Below are positions 29,209 to 39,271 of a DNA stretch of 64,000 nucleotides, in pieces (position 1 is the first letter of the stretch; each line of letters opens with the position of its first letter). The notes below the pieces were generated by a model. The model saw only the letters and a program-made list of their open reading frames with translations, ran no database searches and was not told the origin of the DNA. Both the position numbers and the translations under genes were made by a program. The stretch covers positions 33,261 through 97,260 of IMG/VR virus record IMGVR_UViG_3300046559_000436, one strand, 5' to 3'. The DNA comes from a virus.

Positions 29209-29790
29209 ATGACGCAGTTCGAAGAGATGGCGGGTCCGATCGAGGTGGACGGCGTGCAGATCGCCGACCCCAAGGTTTCGGACTTCTTCAAGAGCGGGTT
29301 GAGGTTCGTCCGGACGGAAGGTCAGCCGGACGGTAGCGTGAAGTACTTCAGCGAGAAGACGCCGGACCCGCTGACGGCGTTCTCGGGGGCCACGCACATG
29401 ATCAGCAAGGAGGAAGCCGTGGATCAGCTGGGGTTGACCAAGGAGAGCGACGAGACGACGGAGAGGATCGCCGACCTGAAGGAGTGGTGGGTGGAGATGG
29501 CGTCCATGGACGTCGGGATGGTCGCCGAGAAGGCGGTGACGTACGGCAGCAACTCGCTGGAGCAGCTCGGTCGCAAGATGGCTCAGCTGGGCGGCCGGAA
29601 GGTGGTCAGCAGCGAGGAGGCGCAGGAGCTGGGCTGCTGGGTCTACCTGACCGGCAAGGTAGAGCGCTGGACCGACGCGGTGATGCGGGGGGAGCGCCCG
29701 AAGGACGACACTCTGACGGACATCATCGCGTACGCCACGATGGCCACGCGCATCCGTCAGGCCGGGGGGTGGCCGGACAGCCGGGGGTAA
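29209..29790 (+). CDS. DUF1599/Nmad1-like all-alpha nucleotide-modification-associated protein
   Basis: K...YG.......K..R....DDTLTDIIAYA; adjacent to purZ. Confidence 0.6.
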   Translation: MTQFEEMAGPIEVDGVQIADPKVSDFFKSGLRFVRTEGQPDGSVKYFSEKTPDPLTAFSGATHMISKEEAVDQLGLTKESDETTERIADLKEWWVEMASMDVGMVAEKAVTYGSNSLEQLGRKMAQLGGRKVVSSEEAQELGCWVYLTGKVERWTDAVMRGERPKDDTLTDIIAYATMATRIRQAGGWPDSRG

Positions 29791-30985
29791 TTGCGCCGGA
29801 GTAAGACCCGGGTGTAGGATAGGGATATCGCCGGGGGGACAACCTCCCGGCTCTCCCGAAAGAAGAGGCGATGGCTGACACTACGGTGCAGATGAGCATC
29901 TCCCTTACGATCGCGTCAGGGGCGGTCGGAGGTGATGGGACGCCGATCACCCCCGACAACGTCGGGGCGTACCTAGTAGGTGCGTCCTACTACATCACGC
30001 AGTACCAGGGCGTGGAGATCACGCAGGCGACGGTAACCGCCGTCAACCCCAGCTGAACCTGTAGACAACCCGAAAGGAAACCTGAGATGGCGAACGTGCG
30101 AGTTCCGGTCCTCGTGATCTTCGAGTACGACGACGAGGCCACCACGGGGCCGAACTACGGCGATGAGCCGATGACCCCGGAGTTCATCCGGGAGTACATC
30201 AAGGGTGCGGGCGAGCACCTGATCGTGCCGAGCGTGACCGTGTGCGAGGCGGAGATCGGCAAGGTTCGCAAGACGGACGAGGACGGCAAGTTCTCGTCCA
30301 TGTGACGCAAACCGGGGCCCCCTGTGACACAAGACACAGGGGGCCCTGTTGTGTGGGAACAAAAGAGTGATATACAATTGTCATAGAGACAACAAGAAGG
30401 AGGCAGTGATGACCAAGGACGAGGCCAGTGGGCTGGTGGGCAAGTTCCGGGAGAACTTTCCGGAGGCGCTTCGGAGCGTGGAGGCGGCACAGGCGGCCAC
30501 TCCGCTCGTGAAGGAGCTGCAGCACCGGTTCCCAAACGAGGTGATCACCGAGCAGATGGCGGACGCCGCCCGGAAGATCGGTGACGCGAACGGGCTGCAC
30601 CCCGGCCTGGTCATGACCGTCCTCCTGGCGGCCGAGAAGGAGGGCTGGGAGTATGTTGGCTGACGCGTGCTGTAGCAGATGCGGAAAGCCCTTCGTGAAG
30701 GGGGACCGGATCGTCCACGATCCGTGTTGTCTGGCTCCTGACTGCGATAGCCTGATGGCGAGATCTCACTTCCGGTGCCTCCCCGTCGGGCTCCAGAGAC
30801 TGAAGGACGACCTGTGACCGATGAGGTGACGTGCTGGCGGGGGAAGTGCGACAACGACCCCAGCGAGTACGTCCTGTGCGCCAAGTGGCAGCGGCGCGAG
30901 AGTCCCTGCTATGAAGGACCCGAGATCAAGAAGAGCTTCTGGGCGAGGTTCGTCCGGTTGCTCGTCAACAAGAAGGAGAGCTGAG

Positions 30986-31225
30986 ATGCGCAAGATTGTC
31001 ATGGGCGCGGCTGCGATCGCGGCAGTTCTGAGCCTGGGCGCGTGCGGCGGACCGTCTGTGGACGGGACGGTGCAGTCCAAGTCGTCCCACCACGACAAGA
31101 AGGGTGACAGCTACACGGTCACCCTCAGGACCAGGGCTGGCAAGACCGCAACGCTGACGGTGTCGTCGAAGACGTTCAGGTCGTGCGACGTGGGCGAGAC
31201 CTACTCGAAGTGCCGGAAGGGCTGA
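30986..31225 (+). CDS. Small lipoprotein
   Basis: Signal peptide with lipobox LGAC. Confidence 0.65.
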   Translation: MRKIVMGAAAIAAVLSLGACGGPSVDGTVQSKSSHHDKKGDSYTVTLRTRAGKTATLTVSSKTFRSCDVGETYSKCRKG

Positions 31226-31230
31226 CCGAA

Positions 31231-31608
31231 ATGAATGTCGAGATCACGACGTTCGGATTCCGGCACGGGGACCCTCCGGCCGCACACCTCACGCTGGACC
31301 TGAGGCAGCACTTCCGCGACCCGCACGTCAGCAAGGATCTGCGGTACAAGACTGCCGAGGACGCCGACGTTCGCGAGAACGTGCTGAAGACGCCGGGCGT
31401 GGAATTCCTGCTGGTCTCCGCGTCCTCGCTGGTGGAGGCATTCGCGCAGGACCCCAAAGACCACGACCTCAGGATCGCGGTCGGGTGCGCGGGCGGCAGG
31501 CACCGGGCGGCCACGGTCGGAATGACGCTGGCCGAGAGGCTGGAGGCGTGGGGGCACAAGGTGACCCTGACGCACCGGGACATCAAGAAGGGGGTCGTGG
31601 CGCGATGA
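31231..31608 (+). CDS. RapZ C-terminal-domain protein
   Basis: ITTFGFRHG.P, DLR..FRDP, IAVGCAGGRHR, HRD. Confidence 0.85.
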   Translation: MNVEITTFGFRHGDPPAAHLTLDLRQHFRDPHVSKDLRYKTAEDADVRENVLKTPGVEFLLVSASSLVEAFAQDPKDHDLRIAVGCAGGRHRAATVGMTLAERLEAWGHKVTLTHRDIKKGVVAR

Positions 31609-32033
31609 ACGACCATGCGTCGGGGATCGCGCTGGCCTACGCGTCGCTGAGGGCGGCTGCGCATGTCGGGGATTTCTGGGTGCAGACCGACTGCCAGGCC
31701 GTACGCAAGGGTGATCCGGGGTGGGCCGGGCGTCTGGCGTGTGGCAGGCACGCGGGCACGTACGTGGGGACGCAGCTGCTGGCGCTGGTGGTGGCGGGGG
31801 TCCTGGCAGGCCACGGGTGGGGTCTCTCCGGCCTCACGTGGGGGCTGACGGCCTCTGGGGCCACCCACTACTGGGCGGACCGGAGGAAGCCCCTGGAGAG
31901 GTTGTCAGACAGGGTGGGGAAGGGCGAGTTCTACCGTAGGGGCGAGGGTCTGGGTCGAGGCTCATTCCACCTCGACCAGGCATGGCACCATGGATGGGAA
32001 TTCATCGCGGCACTGATGATTGGGGCGATGTGA
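31605..32033 (+). CDS. DUF3307-like membrane protein
   Basis: H.GDF..QT, H...Y, HY..D, DQA.H. Confidence 0.7.
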   Translation: MNDHASGIALAYASLRAAAHVGDFWVQTDCQAVRKGDPGWAGRLACGRHAGTYVGTQLLALVVAGVLAGHGWGLSGLTWGLTASGATHYWADRRKPLERLSDRVGKGEFYRRGEGLGRGSFHLDQAWHHGWEFIAALMIGAM

Positions 32034-32428
32034 TGGGAGTGCCGAGAAACCTGGACTCCGAAGGTGCGATCGTGGTAGTGAGCGGTAGCCACTCGTATTG
32101 CAACGGATGCGGCGAGGAGGTGTCGGACTGGGGTCCGAACCGCAAGAGGCACGTGGACGTGGCGGGTTACTCCGGACGACCGGGCGAGGGATGTCAGAAG
32201 AGGTTCGTCGGAAAGACGACGGACCAGCTGCATTTCGGGCCGGACGAGGTGGCGGGGGTGTGGAAGAACCTGCCGTTCGTGTGGCTGTACCTGCGACCGG
32301 AAGCCAACCCGCGACTGAGGGTCACCAAGGTGGGGTCGTAGCGACAGCGCTTGACGCAGGAGCAAACGCCGTAGTAAGATGGGTACAACAGCGGGGGGCC
32401 ACTCCGCTAGGAGCGAGGAGGATCTGAT

Positions 32429-32626
32429 ATGGGTTGGGGTCGTAAGAGCAGCGGTGACGAGAACCAGGGCTCTAAGGAGGCTGGGGAGGGTGCCGAGCGC
32501 GCGGGCGGCACGAACTGGTTCTCCAAGAAGGAGAACGCCGGAAGCAACAGCTCGTCGAGCAACGACGGGAAGGCCGGTTCGGGCGGCACGCTGAGTGACT
32601 CCGAGCTGGAGTCGAACGGCTGGTAG
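32429..32626 (+). CDS. Small Gly/Ser-rich protein
   Basis: Own promoter (ttgacg..taagat), gaggagg RBS. Confidence 0.6.
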   Translation: MGWGRKSSGDENQGSKEAGEGAERAGGTNWFSKKENAGSNSSSSNDGKAGSGGTLSDSELESNGW

Positions 32627-32702
32627 AACCCCGGCACAGGGTGGCCGGGGGAGACCCCGGCCACCCACGCGGTGTTAGAAAAATCACCAAGGAGGATCTT
32701 AT

Positions 32703-33587
32703 ATGGGCACGAAGCTCGTGTACATGGCCATGCCGCTCGATTTCACGACGGAGAGCGGCGACCGTCCGTTCGTGGACTTCGTCGAGAACGACCTGAAGGC
32801 CAGCAAGCACGTGGTGTACCGGCCGGACCAGAGCTTCACGTTCCAGAAGGGCACGGAGCCCAGCGAGGTGGTGCAGGCCGTCAACAACGCGGCCATCAAC
32901 GGGGCCAGCGGCATGGTGGCGTTCCTCCCGAAGGGGACGCAGACGATCGGGGTGCCGATGGAGATCCAGTCGGCGATCTCGGCTGGGAAGCCGGTCGTCG
33001 TGGTGACGGACCACTCGGACAGCTGGGTCGTGGCGGGCTGGACCAAGACGAACGGCGTGAAGGTGGTGGAATTCAACGCGAGCCAGATCCGAGGAGGGGT
33101 CGGCTGGTTGAACGAGACCATGAGCCACCGCGATGGGTGGACGTTCAAGCAACCCGTAGAGAACCCGGTCGTGTTCGAGGCCATGTCGGAGGACGCGGAA
33201 CTGCCGATCAGGGCATACGCGACGGACGCCGGGTTCGACCTGTACGTGTCGCGGAACACGTTCATCCCGGCCGGTGGGTTCGCGGACGTGCCGTGCGGGG
33301 TGGCCATGCAGATCAACGCCGGGGAGTGGGCGCTGATCACCGGACGCAGCAGCTCGATCAGGAAGAAGAAGCTCCACGTGATCAACGGCGTGATCGACGC
33401 CGGATACAGCGGAGAGCTGTTCGCGGGAGTGCAGAACCTGAGTTCGCACACGGTCACGATCACGAAGGGCGAGCGGGTGGCCCAGGTGATCCTGATGGGG
33501 GCGGCGGCCAACGGGAGGGCAGTAAGGTTCGGCAAGGTGGCACAGGCACCGCGTGGGAACAACGGCTTCGGAAGCAGCGGACGATGA
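32703..33587 (+). CDS. Fusion of a nucleoside-deoxyribosyltransferase/hydrolase-like domain with a trimeric dUTPase-like domain (candidate DutZ)
   Basis: N-terminal VYMA.P...T.GV.MEI..A...GKPV; C-terminal DAGFDL, GRSS, GVIDAGYSGEL, RVAQ, RG..GFGSSG. Confidence 0.85.
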   Translation: MGTKLVYMAMPLDFTTESGDRPFVDFVENDLKASKHVVYRPDQSFTFQKGTEPSEVVQAVNNAAINGASGMVAFLPKGTQTIGVPMEIQSAISAGKPVVVVTDHSDSWVVAGWTKTNGVKVVEFNASQIRGGVGWLNETMSHRDGWTFKQPVENPVVFEAMSEDAELPIRAYATDAGFDLYVSRNTFIPAGGFADVPCGVAMQINAGEWALITGRSSSIRKKKLHVINGVIDAGYSGELFAGVQNLSSHTVTITKGERVAQVILMGAAANGRAVRFGKVAQAPRGNNGFGSSGR

Positions 33588-35093
33588 CCGGAGACGATGA
33601 GCAGTACGACTTCGGGTTCTACGTGGAGAAGATCGACCACGACGACTACGGCGAGAAGATGGCCGAGAGCCTGTGGAAGGTCAGCCTGCCCCATCAATGC
33701 GGCAGATGGCGGATCGACAACACCAACATCTACCTGGAGGGCAGCACGAAAGCGGAAGCGGTCGAGGAGCTGGAAGCATTCATCAGCCAGGCCAAGAAGG
33801 CCCTGGACGCGCTGAACCGGGGAGAAGAGCACGGAACTGACGACTGAGTAGAGCGGAACCGGGTTGGCTGGGCTCGTCCGAACCGAAGGTTCGGGAGGGT
33901 TCGAGAACCCGGTTCCGATCAGGACCCATCGGTTCCGCCGGTGAGTTCCGATCGGAACCGGAAACGGAACTCGTTCGGCGCGAAGTGTCGGGCGGCCGGA
34001 ACTAAGGAGCAGAGGATGAACAGTTCGGAACTGAACGACAGGGTAGCGGAACTGGAACGTTCCGCCGGAGGTCGGTTGGGCAAGGTTCTGCCGGTGAAGG
34101 TGCGGATCGCGGTCGGCGATCGGGTGATGGTCATGGACCTGGAACCCGGGATGCTGACCACGAAGGGCTGGGGTTCCGAACCGGAACCGGCCGTCATCTT
34201 GCTGGACCTGACCTGATGGACCTGATCGAGGTCGAACAGGAGAAGGACGAGTGGGAGAAGGGGCCGTCGTTCCGGTGGCGGGTGACCGTACTGGGGACGG
34301 AGTCTCACAAGACGGTATGGGCGGAAACGGAGGAAGAGGCCCTCAAGCAGGCCAAGTTCCTGGTAGGGGAGGCCCTGGTCAAGATGATCGGGTGCGACTC
34401 GTGGTGCTGTTACGACGACGGAGAGGGATGAGATGGACATCAAGATCTCGATCGGGTTCGGGCGAAGGGGCCAGCACTCGATGAGGGTTCAGAACCAGAA
34501 CCTGGAAACTCAGGTGCAGGTTCTGACGGGAGCGTTGACCAAGGTCAACGAGGAGAACAAGGAGTTGAAGGAGCAGCTGTCGGAAGCCCTGCGGGAGAGG
34601 GTGGCCAAGGGGCACCGGATGACCAGCCAGGGCCTGAGGCTGGTTAAGGGACCGGTCGTGAGAGCGGTGGAAGGCGTGCCGAACCGATACCAGATCACGG
34701 AAGGAGACGAGGGGGCGTGATCGGGCAGGGGTACCGACCGAAGGTCGGCGAAGAGCTGGTGGTGGTGGTCCCGAGCTACCACCGGCGGGAGCCGGGGGTG
34801 TCGACGGCAAAGGTGGTGAAGGTAGTCACGGAGTGGGTGTACTTCGATAACGTACCGGGGCTGACCGAGCCGAAGTTTCGGATCCGGACGCAGTGCACCG
34901 AGAACCGGCTCAACTACAACGCCAGGTACCTGACGAAGGAGCAGCACGAGACCGAGAGAAGGAGGTCGGAGGCGGAGAAGACGCTGAGAGAGTACAAGGC
35001 GGTGCCGGACCCGTGGTCGGCACTGTTCAAGGATGACGAGAAACTCATCAAGCTGGCGGACGCGGTCAGGAAGATCATGGAGGAGGAAAACGG

Positions 35094-35891
35094 ATGAAGA
35101 TCGTTGAGCCCGTGGTGCGGATCATCTCGAAGCCCGAGATCAACTGGGACGAGATCGAGGCGCATCTGGTGGGGGACGTGGGGGCGGCCGACGGGGGGCG
35201 GTGGACATGGGATCGGGAGGAGAACGGGTCGGCGGATTCGGAGAGCCTGATCGAGTTCGCAGGAAGGAAGTGCTACCGGAGCTACGGGGTGGGGTTGAAC
35301 CCGAACATCAAGAAGGTGCGAGAACACCAGGACGAGTACCTCAATAACCTGATCAGATCGGGCCACGGGAGCGTGTTGGAACACGCCAATTACACGCTGG
35401 TGCTGCACAACGTCAGCAGGGTGCTGACACACGAACTGGTCAGGCACCGGGCAGGGACGGCGTACAGCCAGGAGAGCCTGCGGTACGTCAGGCTGACGGA
35501 GATTCCGATGTGGCTGCCGGAGTGGGTCAAGGAGGACCCGGACGCCATGACGAAGGTGGTCGAGCTGGTCGAGCAGATGGAGGAGTTCCAGGCATGGGGG
35601 GCGGAGCACTGGGGGCTGGACTCGCCCGGGACGGAGTTCCGGACGAAGAAGGAGGTGACGTCGTTCATGCGTCGGCTGGCGCCGGAGGGACTGGCCACGA
35701 GCGTAGTGATGACGGCTAACGTGAGAGCGATCAGGCACATCATCGAGATGCGGACGGCAAAGGGGGCGGAGGAGGAGATCCGGGAGGTGGCCGGGAAGAT
35801 CGGCAAGCTGATGGCGTGGGAGGCCCCGCAGCTGTTCGGGGACTACTTGGTCAACGACGGGGAGTGGCTGTCAGACAACAAGAAGGTGTAG
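35094..35891 (+). CDS. thyX: Flavin-dependent thymidylate synthase
   Basis: GH.SVLEH, RHRAGTAYSQESLRY, N.RA.RH...R, EEIR. Confidence 0.95.
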   Translation: MKIVEPVVRIISKPEINWDEIEAHLVGDVGAADGGRWTWDREENGSADSESLIEFAGRKCYRSYGVGLNPNIKKVREHQDEYLNNLIRSGHGSVLEHANYTLVLHNVSRVLTHELVRHRAGTAYSQESLRYVRLTEIPMWLPEWVKEDPDAMTKVVELVEQMEEFQAWGAEHWGLDSPGTEFRTKKEVTSFMRRLAPEGLATSVVMTANVRAIRHIIEMRTAKGAEEEIREVAGKIGKLMAWEAPQLFGDYLVNDGEWLSDNKKV

Positions 35892-35925
35892 TTGCGCAAA
35901 GCGCAGCTTAAGTGTAAGATGGGGT

Positions 35926-36000
35926 GGCTGAGTGGAGCAGGTCGGTTAGCTCGCTGCGCTCATAACGCAGAGGTCGTGGGTTCGAATCCCACCTCAGCCA
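35926..36000 (+). tRNA. tRNA with CAT anticodon (elongator Met or Ile2)
   Basis: ctgcg-ct cat aa-cgcag; canonical T-arm; paired G1-C72. Confidence 0.9.
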
Positions 36001-36058
36001 CGAAGGCCAGCCGGAGCCTTTGGCCTTTATTAAAGAAACACATTGAAATCCGGCACTT

Positions 36059-36131
36059 CGGATTGTGGCGCAGCTGGTAGCGCACCCGCTTTGGGAGCGG
36101 GTGGCCGTCGGTTCGAATCCGACCAATCCGA
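36059..36131 (+). tRNA. tRNA-Pro(TGG)
   Basis: C1 start, cccgc-tt tgg ga-gcggg. Confidence 0.92.
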
Positions 36132-36775
36132 CGTATCGAGAAGGCCCCCGTCGAAGATAGTGATGGGGGCCTTTTTCGTAGAGGGGAGCTTGACACACAG
36201 GAAAATCATGAGATAGAATAGTGATATCAGGCAGAGCGAGGCACCCGAAAGGCGAAGAGATGGCCACGACGGTCAAGGAACTGATAGAAGAGCTGCAGGG
36301 GCTTGCCCGAGAGCACGGCGAGGACCTGGAGATAGTGACCAGGACCTTCAGCCACGGGGCGGACGACTGGGACTACCCGGAGGGGTGCTCGGCGTACGTG
36401 GAGGATTTCAAAGCGCCCTGGTGGCATGGGACCACCGGCAAGAAGCTGGTATTCGACACTCCGTGAAGGAGAAGGAGCGGCAATGAAGACATGGGTCATC
36501 GTAAGAGAGCTGGCCAACGGAAAGCTGATCGCGGAGGGGCCGGACGGGAGGGTGTGGGGAAGCTATGATCGGACGATCCCGGCGGACGGGTCCAAGGATG
36601 AGAACTGGACCCACGAACTGGTGACGGACATCAGCGGGCTGGTGAGGGCGTCGGTGGTCCGGATGACCAAGGACGGCGGCCACGCGGAATCGCGGTTCGA
36701 ACGCAAGATCTGAGTTGAACAAGGGGGCCGCCTGGGAGGGCGGCCCCCGGCAACGCGACCAAAGGAGTGGGCATA

Positions 36776-38071
36776 ATGATCGAGCGATACAGCACGGACC
36801 GAATGCGCGTGATCTGGTCGGACGCTGGGACCATGTCACTGTGGTCGACGGTGGAGCGGGCCATGGCCGAGGCGCAGGGCGCACCGGAGCACGTGGTGAA
36901 GGAGCTGTGGGAGAAGCGGCTGCCGATGGCTGAAGCCGGAGTGGTGGAGTGGCGCTGTCGCGAAGCGACAACCCGCCATGACGTGGTGGCGTTCGTGGAG
37001 CTGATGAGAGAATCGGTCAGCCTGGAAGCGGCCAGGTGGGTGCACAGGGGGGTGACCAGCTCGGACCTGGTGGACTCGGCACAGGCGATTCGGGTCAAGG
37101 AGTCGCTGGGGATGATCGCGAAGGCTGGCCAGGGACTGACGAACGAGCTGGGGGCGCTGGCCCAGCGATGGTCGAGCCAGCCGTGGATCGGGCGGACGCA
37201 CGGCCAGTGGGCGCAGGAGACGACGTTGGGTCACCTGTGGTCGAACCGGGCCATGGCGGTCAACAAGGCCGTTCTCAAGGTCAGGGCCGCCATGGGCGAG
37301 CAGATGGTGATGATGTCGGGGCCGGTGGGGGACTACAAGACGCTGGGAGGTGAGAAGGAAGGGAAGGCAGCCGAACAGGCGTTCGGGCGACTGGTGAAGA
37401 TGCCAGTGGCCGCGAAGTCGACGCAGGTCGTTGACAGGGGCGGGCTGGCGGAGGCCATGTGGGCGTGCGAGAGGCTGATGGCCGCGATAGCACAGGTGGC
37501 GACGGACGTGCGGCTGATGGGGCAGAGCGAGGTGGGGGAGGTCGCCGAAGCATTCGCCGCGAAGCAGCGGGGGTCGTCGATCATGGCCCACAAGAACAAC
37601 ACGGTCGGGGCGGAGAACCTGATCGGGCTGGAGCGGGTGGTAAGGGCCAACGTGATGCCGGTGGTGGAGGGCGTGGCGACGTGGGGGATGCGGGACATCA
37701 CACACTCGGCGGTGGAAAGGGTGTGCGTGCCGCTGGTGCTGGGGACGACTGAATACGGGGCGCTGAGGTGCGCCAAGCTGATGGCGGGACTGGTCGTCCG
37801 ACCTGAAAGGGCGATGGACAACATCGACAAGACGGGCGGGGTGCTGGAGGCGGGGGGGCTGGTCACGTGGCTGACGGAGAACGGGGCGGGACCGAAGGAA
37901 GCGTGGGAGGTGGTCCACGAGGCAAGTAAGGAGGTGGAGGTGGGCGACCTGTGGGTGGGGTCCAGCCCGATGGACCTCAAGCAGATGACGCAGCGGATGG
38001 TCAACAAGAAGGTCAAGAACAACGAGGCCGGTTGGTCGGAGTTTAAGGGAAACTGGGCGGAGAAGCAATAG
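36776..38071 (+). CDS. purB: Adenylosuccinate lyase
   Basis: MIERYS, E..TRHDV.AF, H.G.TSSD..D, GRTHGQ.A, SGPVG, STQ...R, GSSIMAHKNN, RDI.HS..ER. Confidence 0.9.
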   Translation: MIERYSTDRMRVIWSDAGTMSLWSTVERAMAEAQGAPEHVVKELWEKRLPMAEAGVVEWRCREATTRHDVVAFVELMRESVSLEAARWVHRGVTSSDLVDSAQAIRVKESLGMIAKAGQGLTNELGALAQRWSSQPWIGRTHGQWAQETTLGHLWSNRAMAVNKAVLKVRAAMGEQMVMMSGPVGDYKTLGGEKEGKAAEQAFGRLVKMPVAAKSTQVVDRGGLAEAMWACERLMAAIAQVATDVRLMGQSEVGEVAEAFAAKQRGSSIMAHKNNTVGAENLIGLERVVRANVMPVVEGVATWGMRDITHSAVERVCVPLVLGTTEYGALRCAKLMAGLVVRPERAMDNIDKTGGVLEAGGLVTWLTENGAGPKEAWEVVHEASKEVEVGDLWVGSSPMDLKQMTQRMVNKKVKNNEAGWSEFKGNWAEKQ

Positions 38072-38074
38072 GCA

Positions 38075-38545
38075 ACCAGCCCCCGTCGAAAGGCGGGGGC
38101 TCAGCTGTATTTACCCGAGAGTCAAATCCTCGTAAAGATATACGGCGCGTTCGAAAGAAACCTCCCACCGTTTTCTTAATTACTCTCCGCATTTGTTGAT
38201 ATACTCGCAGTTACCGGGGCGCGAGAGGGCGCATGTAACACGTAGTGACACACAATCACAGATAGTAATATATACGTACAGTTACAGCACTCACGGGGAG
38301 TTATTGACATGTCCAGAACCAGGGAGCAGCGAGGCGCTCCCCACAATCACAGGGAGTGATGCGTAATCACTACACGTACACATCACAGAGAGTAGGGGAT
38401 AATTACTAGTAGTAATACTACGTATAGTAATGGGGGATTACTAGTAGTAATACGTCACGGAGGGTCACGGCGATCACGGGGAGTAGGGCAGCTCAGATAG
38501 TTCGTATACGTACTTTGCTTGTGTGACAAAGACCACACCCGGGGG
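38075..38545. other. AT-rich non-coding region with palindromes and TCAC(A/G)G repeats (possible genome end/packaging or operator region)
   Basis: No ORF; attactagtagtaatac occurs at 38402 and 38437; multiple atcac/tcacgg copies. Confidence 0.5.
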
Positions 38546-38628
38546 GTTGCGTTGCCTGACCCGCATATGATAAAATGGTATTACACCAAGGGGGCGGGGC
38601 CCCCAGACCACCCGAAAGGAAACCCACC

Positions 38629-39168
38629 GTGAAGGCCAAGACCGCCAAGACCGCAGCCACCCAGGTCGCTCCCTCCCTTGCTAAGGCCGCTCTGCGCGCC
38701 GTTGCCAAGACCACCCCCGCCGCGTGGTACGCGACCCCCCGCAGCCTCGCCGAGGGCCGCAAGCTGGCCAGCCCGGAACCCGGGTCCTCCGCCTGGCTGG
38801 CAGGCCAGCGGGAGGCCCGGGAGGCCCGGGAGCAGGCGGAGATCGTCGAGGGCAGCTGGGCGCAGCCGGGTCGTCGGGCGGTCTGGGACGACGGGCTGGA
38901 CCGGTGGGACGTCACGGTCACTAGCCGTCACTACGAGGGCGGGGCGCACCTGGCCGAGATCGAGATGACGGACGGTAGCGACTTCGGTGACTGGGAGCGA
39001 CTGGACGTGGACGTCCGCGACCTGGCCCCCAAGACCACCACCGGAGCGTGCAGCGCGCACGCGAGCGAGGGAGGCCACCCGGACGACGTGTGCGGCTGGT
39101 GCGCGCGTTGCCTGGCCTGCGAGGGTGGCAGCTGGGCCGACCACGCGCACGCCGCTTGCCGGTCCTAG
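38629..39168 (+). CDS. Hypothetical cassette protein, Cys/His-rich C-terminus
   Basis: GTG after gaaagga. Confidence 0.65.
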   Translation: MKAKTAKTAATQVAPSLAKAALRAVAKTTPAAWYATPRSLAEGRKLASPEPGSSAWLAGQREAREAREQAEIVEGSWAQPGRRAVWDDGLDRWDVTVTSRHYEGGAHLAEIEMTDGSDFGDWERLDVDVRDLAPKTTTGACSAHASEGGHPDDVCGWCARCLACEGGSWADHAHAACRS

Positions 39169-39271
39169 CCGACCCGGCCGGGGGACTTGCGCTCCCGGCA
39201 AGGAAATGATAAAATAGAGATACAAGGGCGGGGGGGACCGACCCCCCGCCCGGCCCCGAAAGGACCACGAA

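Noticed and set aside
36003-36058. tRNA-associated HDV-like (theta) ribozyme
   Set aside because: There is no room for P3/L3 between the P2 5' strand and the P1 3' strand; only a simple pseudoknot is supportable.
13547-38068. Long minus-strand ORFs (e.g. 13547..15442, 18880..20781, 22426..24504, 27889..29397, 36836..38068)
   Set aside because: Antisense shadows of well-supported high-GC genes, with no recognisable motifs.
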